The notes beneath the pieces are model-generated. The model was not told where the DNA came from and searched no databases. It worked only from the letters and a program-made list of their open reading frames with translations. From Tubiluchus corallicola (taxonomy: Eukaryota > Animalia > Priapulida), in assembly GCA_030141605.1 (NCBI GenBank), contig JAQGDQ010000854.1, positions 1 through 25,478 of the forward strand: a stretch of 25,478 nt of DNA, written 5' to 3'. The position numbers and the translations under genes were made by a program. Below are positions 23,620 to 25,478 of this stretch, piece by piece (within the stretch, counting starts at the first letter, position 1; each line of letters begins with the position of its first letter).

Positions 23620-24244
23620 ATTAAGCATCACTTTACCATACCTAACATATTGCTGCATTATATGGGGTACATCTTATGCATCCAACTTAATAAGCTCATC
23701 TAGGCATCAAAGAAAGTTCATAAGAATATTAAACAGTTTATCTAAACGTACCACTGTTGGTATGTCCTTATTTAATGAATGCGGTATAATAATTCTCGAA
23801 GACTTGGTTATATATCACTTGTCTATTTATATGTACAAGACATACTACAACATGTTTCCCATTTCCTTTGCAAATCCCATTACAGCAAATCCTAAATATT
23901 ACTTTACAAGGTTCAATGAATATCATGTCCCTTACTGTTGTACTAATAGTGCCAGGCACTTTATTAAATTCACAGCCCCATGTCCCTTACTGTTGTACTA
24001 ATAGTGCCAGGCACTTTATTAAATTCACAGCCCCATGTCCCTTACTGTTGTACTAATAGTGCCAGGCACTTTATTAAATTCACAGCCCCATGTCCCTTAC
24101 TGTTGTACTAATAGTGCCAGGCACTTTATTATATTCACTGCCCCCAATAACTGGAATAAAATAAGCGTCCAAGTAAAAATACACAAAACTATTTATAGCT
24201 TCAAAAAGTACTTGAAAAGGACCATTTTTCATTCATACTTATAA
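23620..24244 (+). mobile_element. 5'-truncated CR1/L2/Crack-like LINE ORF2 C-terminal remnant (pseudogenised)
   Basis: PYLTYCCIIWG.SY.SNL......QRKFIRI...LF....I..L.DL..Y....YMYK, then P...TN.....IKF.AP..WNKI...VK...TIYSFKKYLK. Interrupted by a 55-bp quadruplication. Confidence 0.87.
23924..24143. repeat. 55-bp tandem repeat, 4 copies, inside the LINE remnant
   Basis: CATGTCCCTTACTGTTGTACTAATAGTGCCAGGCACTTTATTAAATTCACAGCCC at 23924, 23979, 24034 and 24089. Confidence 0.95.
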
Positions 24245-24433
24245 TACAATTTTAATGCTTCCATGTCTCATGCACAATACATGGCCTCCAATCAATTATA
24301 GTGCTATTTTAATATAGCTCTATGTAAATTAAACATACACTGTGGTCGTTTCTTCTCCTCTTTTCCTTCTTCCTATCCCCAATCTTACTATTTTTTCCAT
24401 TCCATCATTTCTTCTGACCGTAACCATTCTTTC

Positions 24434-25333
24434 ACTCTCTGACAATAATCACGAGCTGACACTCACTTCTCTATTCACTGGGAGAAGTTTCGAGAGTGAC
24501 TCGCCAAAGCGTTCACACTAGACAGTAACTCGTGTGACTAGAGAGCTAAACTTGATGTGAGTTACTCACTGACAATAATCACGAGCCGACACTCACTTCT
24601 CTATTCACTGGGAGAAGTTTCGAGAGTAGCTCGCCAAAGCGTTCACACTAGACAGTAACTCGTGTGACTAGAGAGCAAAACTTGATGTGAGTTACTCTCT
24701 GACAATAATCACGAGCTGACACTCACTTCTCTTTTCACTGGGAGAAGTTTCGAGAGTGACTCGCCAAAGCGTTCACACTAGACAGTAACTCGTGTGACTA
24801 GAGAGCTAAACTTGATGTGAGTTACTCACTGACAATAATCACGAGCCGACACTCACTTCTCTATTCACTGGGAGAAGTTTCGAGAGTAGCTCGCCAAAGC
24901 GTTCACACTAGACAGTAACTCGTGTGACTAGAGAGCAAAACTTGATGTGAGTTACTCTCTGACAATAATCACGAGCTGACACTCACTTCTCTTTTCACTG
25001 GGAGAAGTTTCGAGAGTAACTCGTCAAAGCATTCACACTAGACAGTAACTCGTGTGACTAGAGAGCAAAACTTGATGTGAGTTACTCTCTGACAATAATC
25101 ACGAGCTGACACTCACTTCTCTATTCACTTGCAAGACATGTCGAGAGTAACTCGCCGAGGCGTTCACACTAGACAGTAACTCGTGTGACTAGAGAGCAAA
25201 ACTTGATGTGAGTTACTCTCTGACAATAATCACGAGCTGACATTCACTTCTCTATTAACAGGGAGAAGTTTCGAGAGTAACTCGCCGAGGCGTTCACACT
25301 AGACAGTAACTCGTGTGACTAGAGAGCAAAACT
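24434..25333. repeat. 130-bp tandem repeat, about 7 copies, palindrome-rich
   Basis: GACAATAATC recurs at 24441, 24571, 24701, 24831, 24961, 25091 and 25222. Confidence 0.97.
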
Positions 25334-25356
25334 TTAGAAATGACTGAGAGTTTTAC

Positions 25357-25428
25357 CTCTAAATAATCATATCCACAACGAGTGTGGATTTCCAGATCGA
25401 AATCAATGAAAACCGCAACTATCTTGCT
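25357..25428 (-). CDS. CUBN: Cubilin-like exon or exon fragment, part of CUB7 first half (SKIVAVFIDFDLEIHTRCGYDYLE); 5' boundary unresolved
   Basis: Donor GAG|GTAAAA, phase 0, joins to give DYLE-VYDG. Canonical F.DFDLE....C.YDYLE motif. In-frame TGA two codons upstream (25432-25434). Confidence 0.85.
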
Positions 25429-25478
25429 ACTTCATTGTGCCTTCGTTCAGTTACGTATTGCTGTACATTTATAGCAAA

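Overview
AT-rich, repeat-dense animal (probably invertebrate) genomic DNA containing two spliced genes on opposite strands. (1) The minus strand carries eight phase-compatible exons between 25428 and 12401, together encoding about 420 aa of tandem CUB domains. From memory they match cubilin (CUBN) CUB7-CUB10. Seven exons have clean AG/GT boundaries. The most 5' one (25357-25428) has a good donor but meets an in-frame TGA and has no convincing acceptor. No further CUB exon was found in the 12.4 kb downstream. (2) The plus strand carries the 3' end of a gene encoding a six-cysteine thyroglobulin type-1 (TY/thyropin) domain, split over exons 3333-3491 and 9104-9243 (stop). It lies antisense, either inside a large cubilin intron or convergent with a truncated CUB gene. 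The rest is repeats: four large tandem arrays (56, 37, 23/24 and 130 bp units), several short tandem arrays and microsatellites, two piggyBac-type MITEs, two hAT MITEs, a foldback MITE, a tRNA-derived SINE, LINE 3' remnants and a mariner remnant. There is no CRISPR array or prokaryote-type system. All calls were made by eye, and no database search was run.
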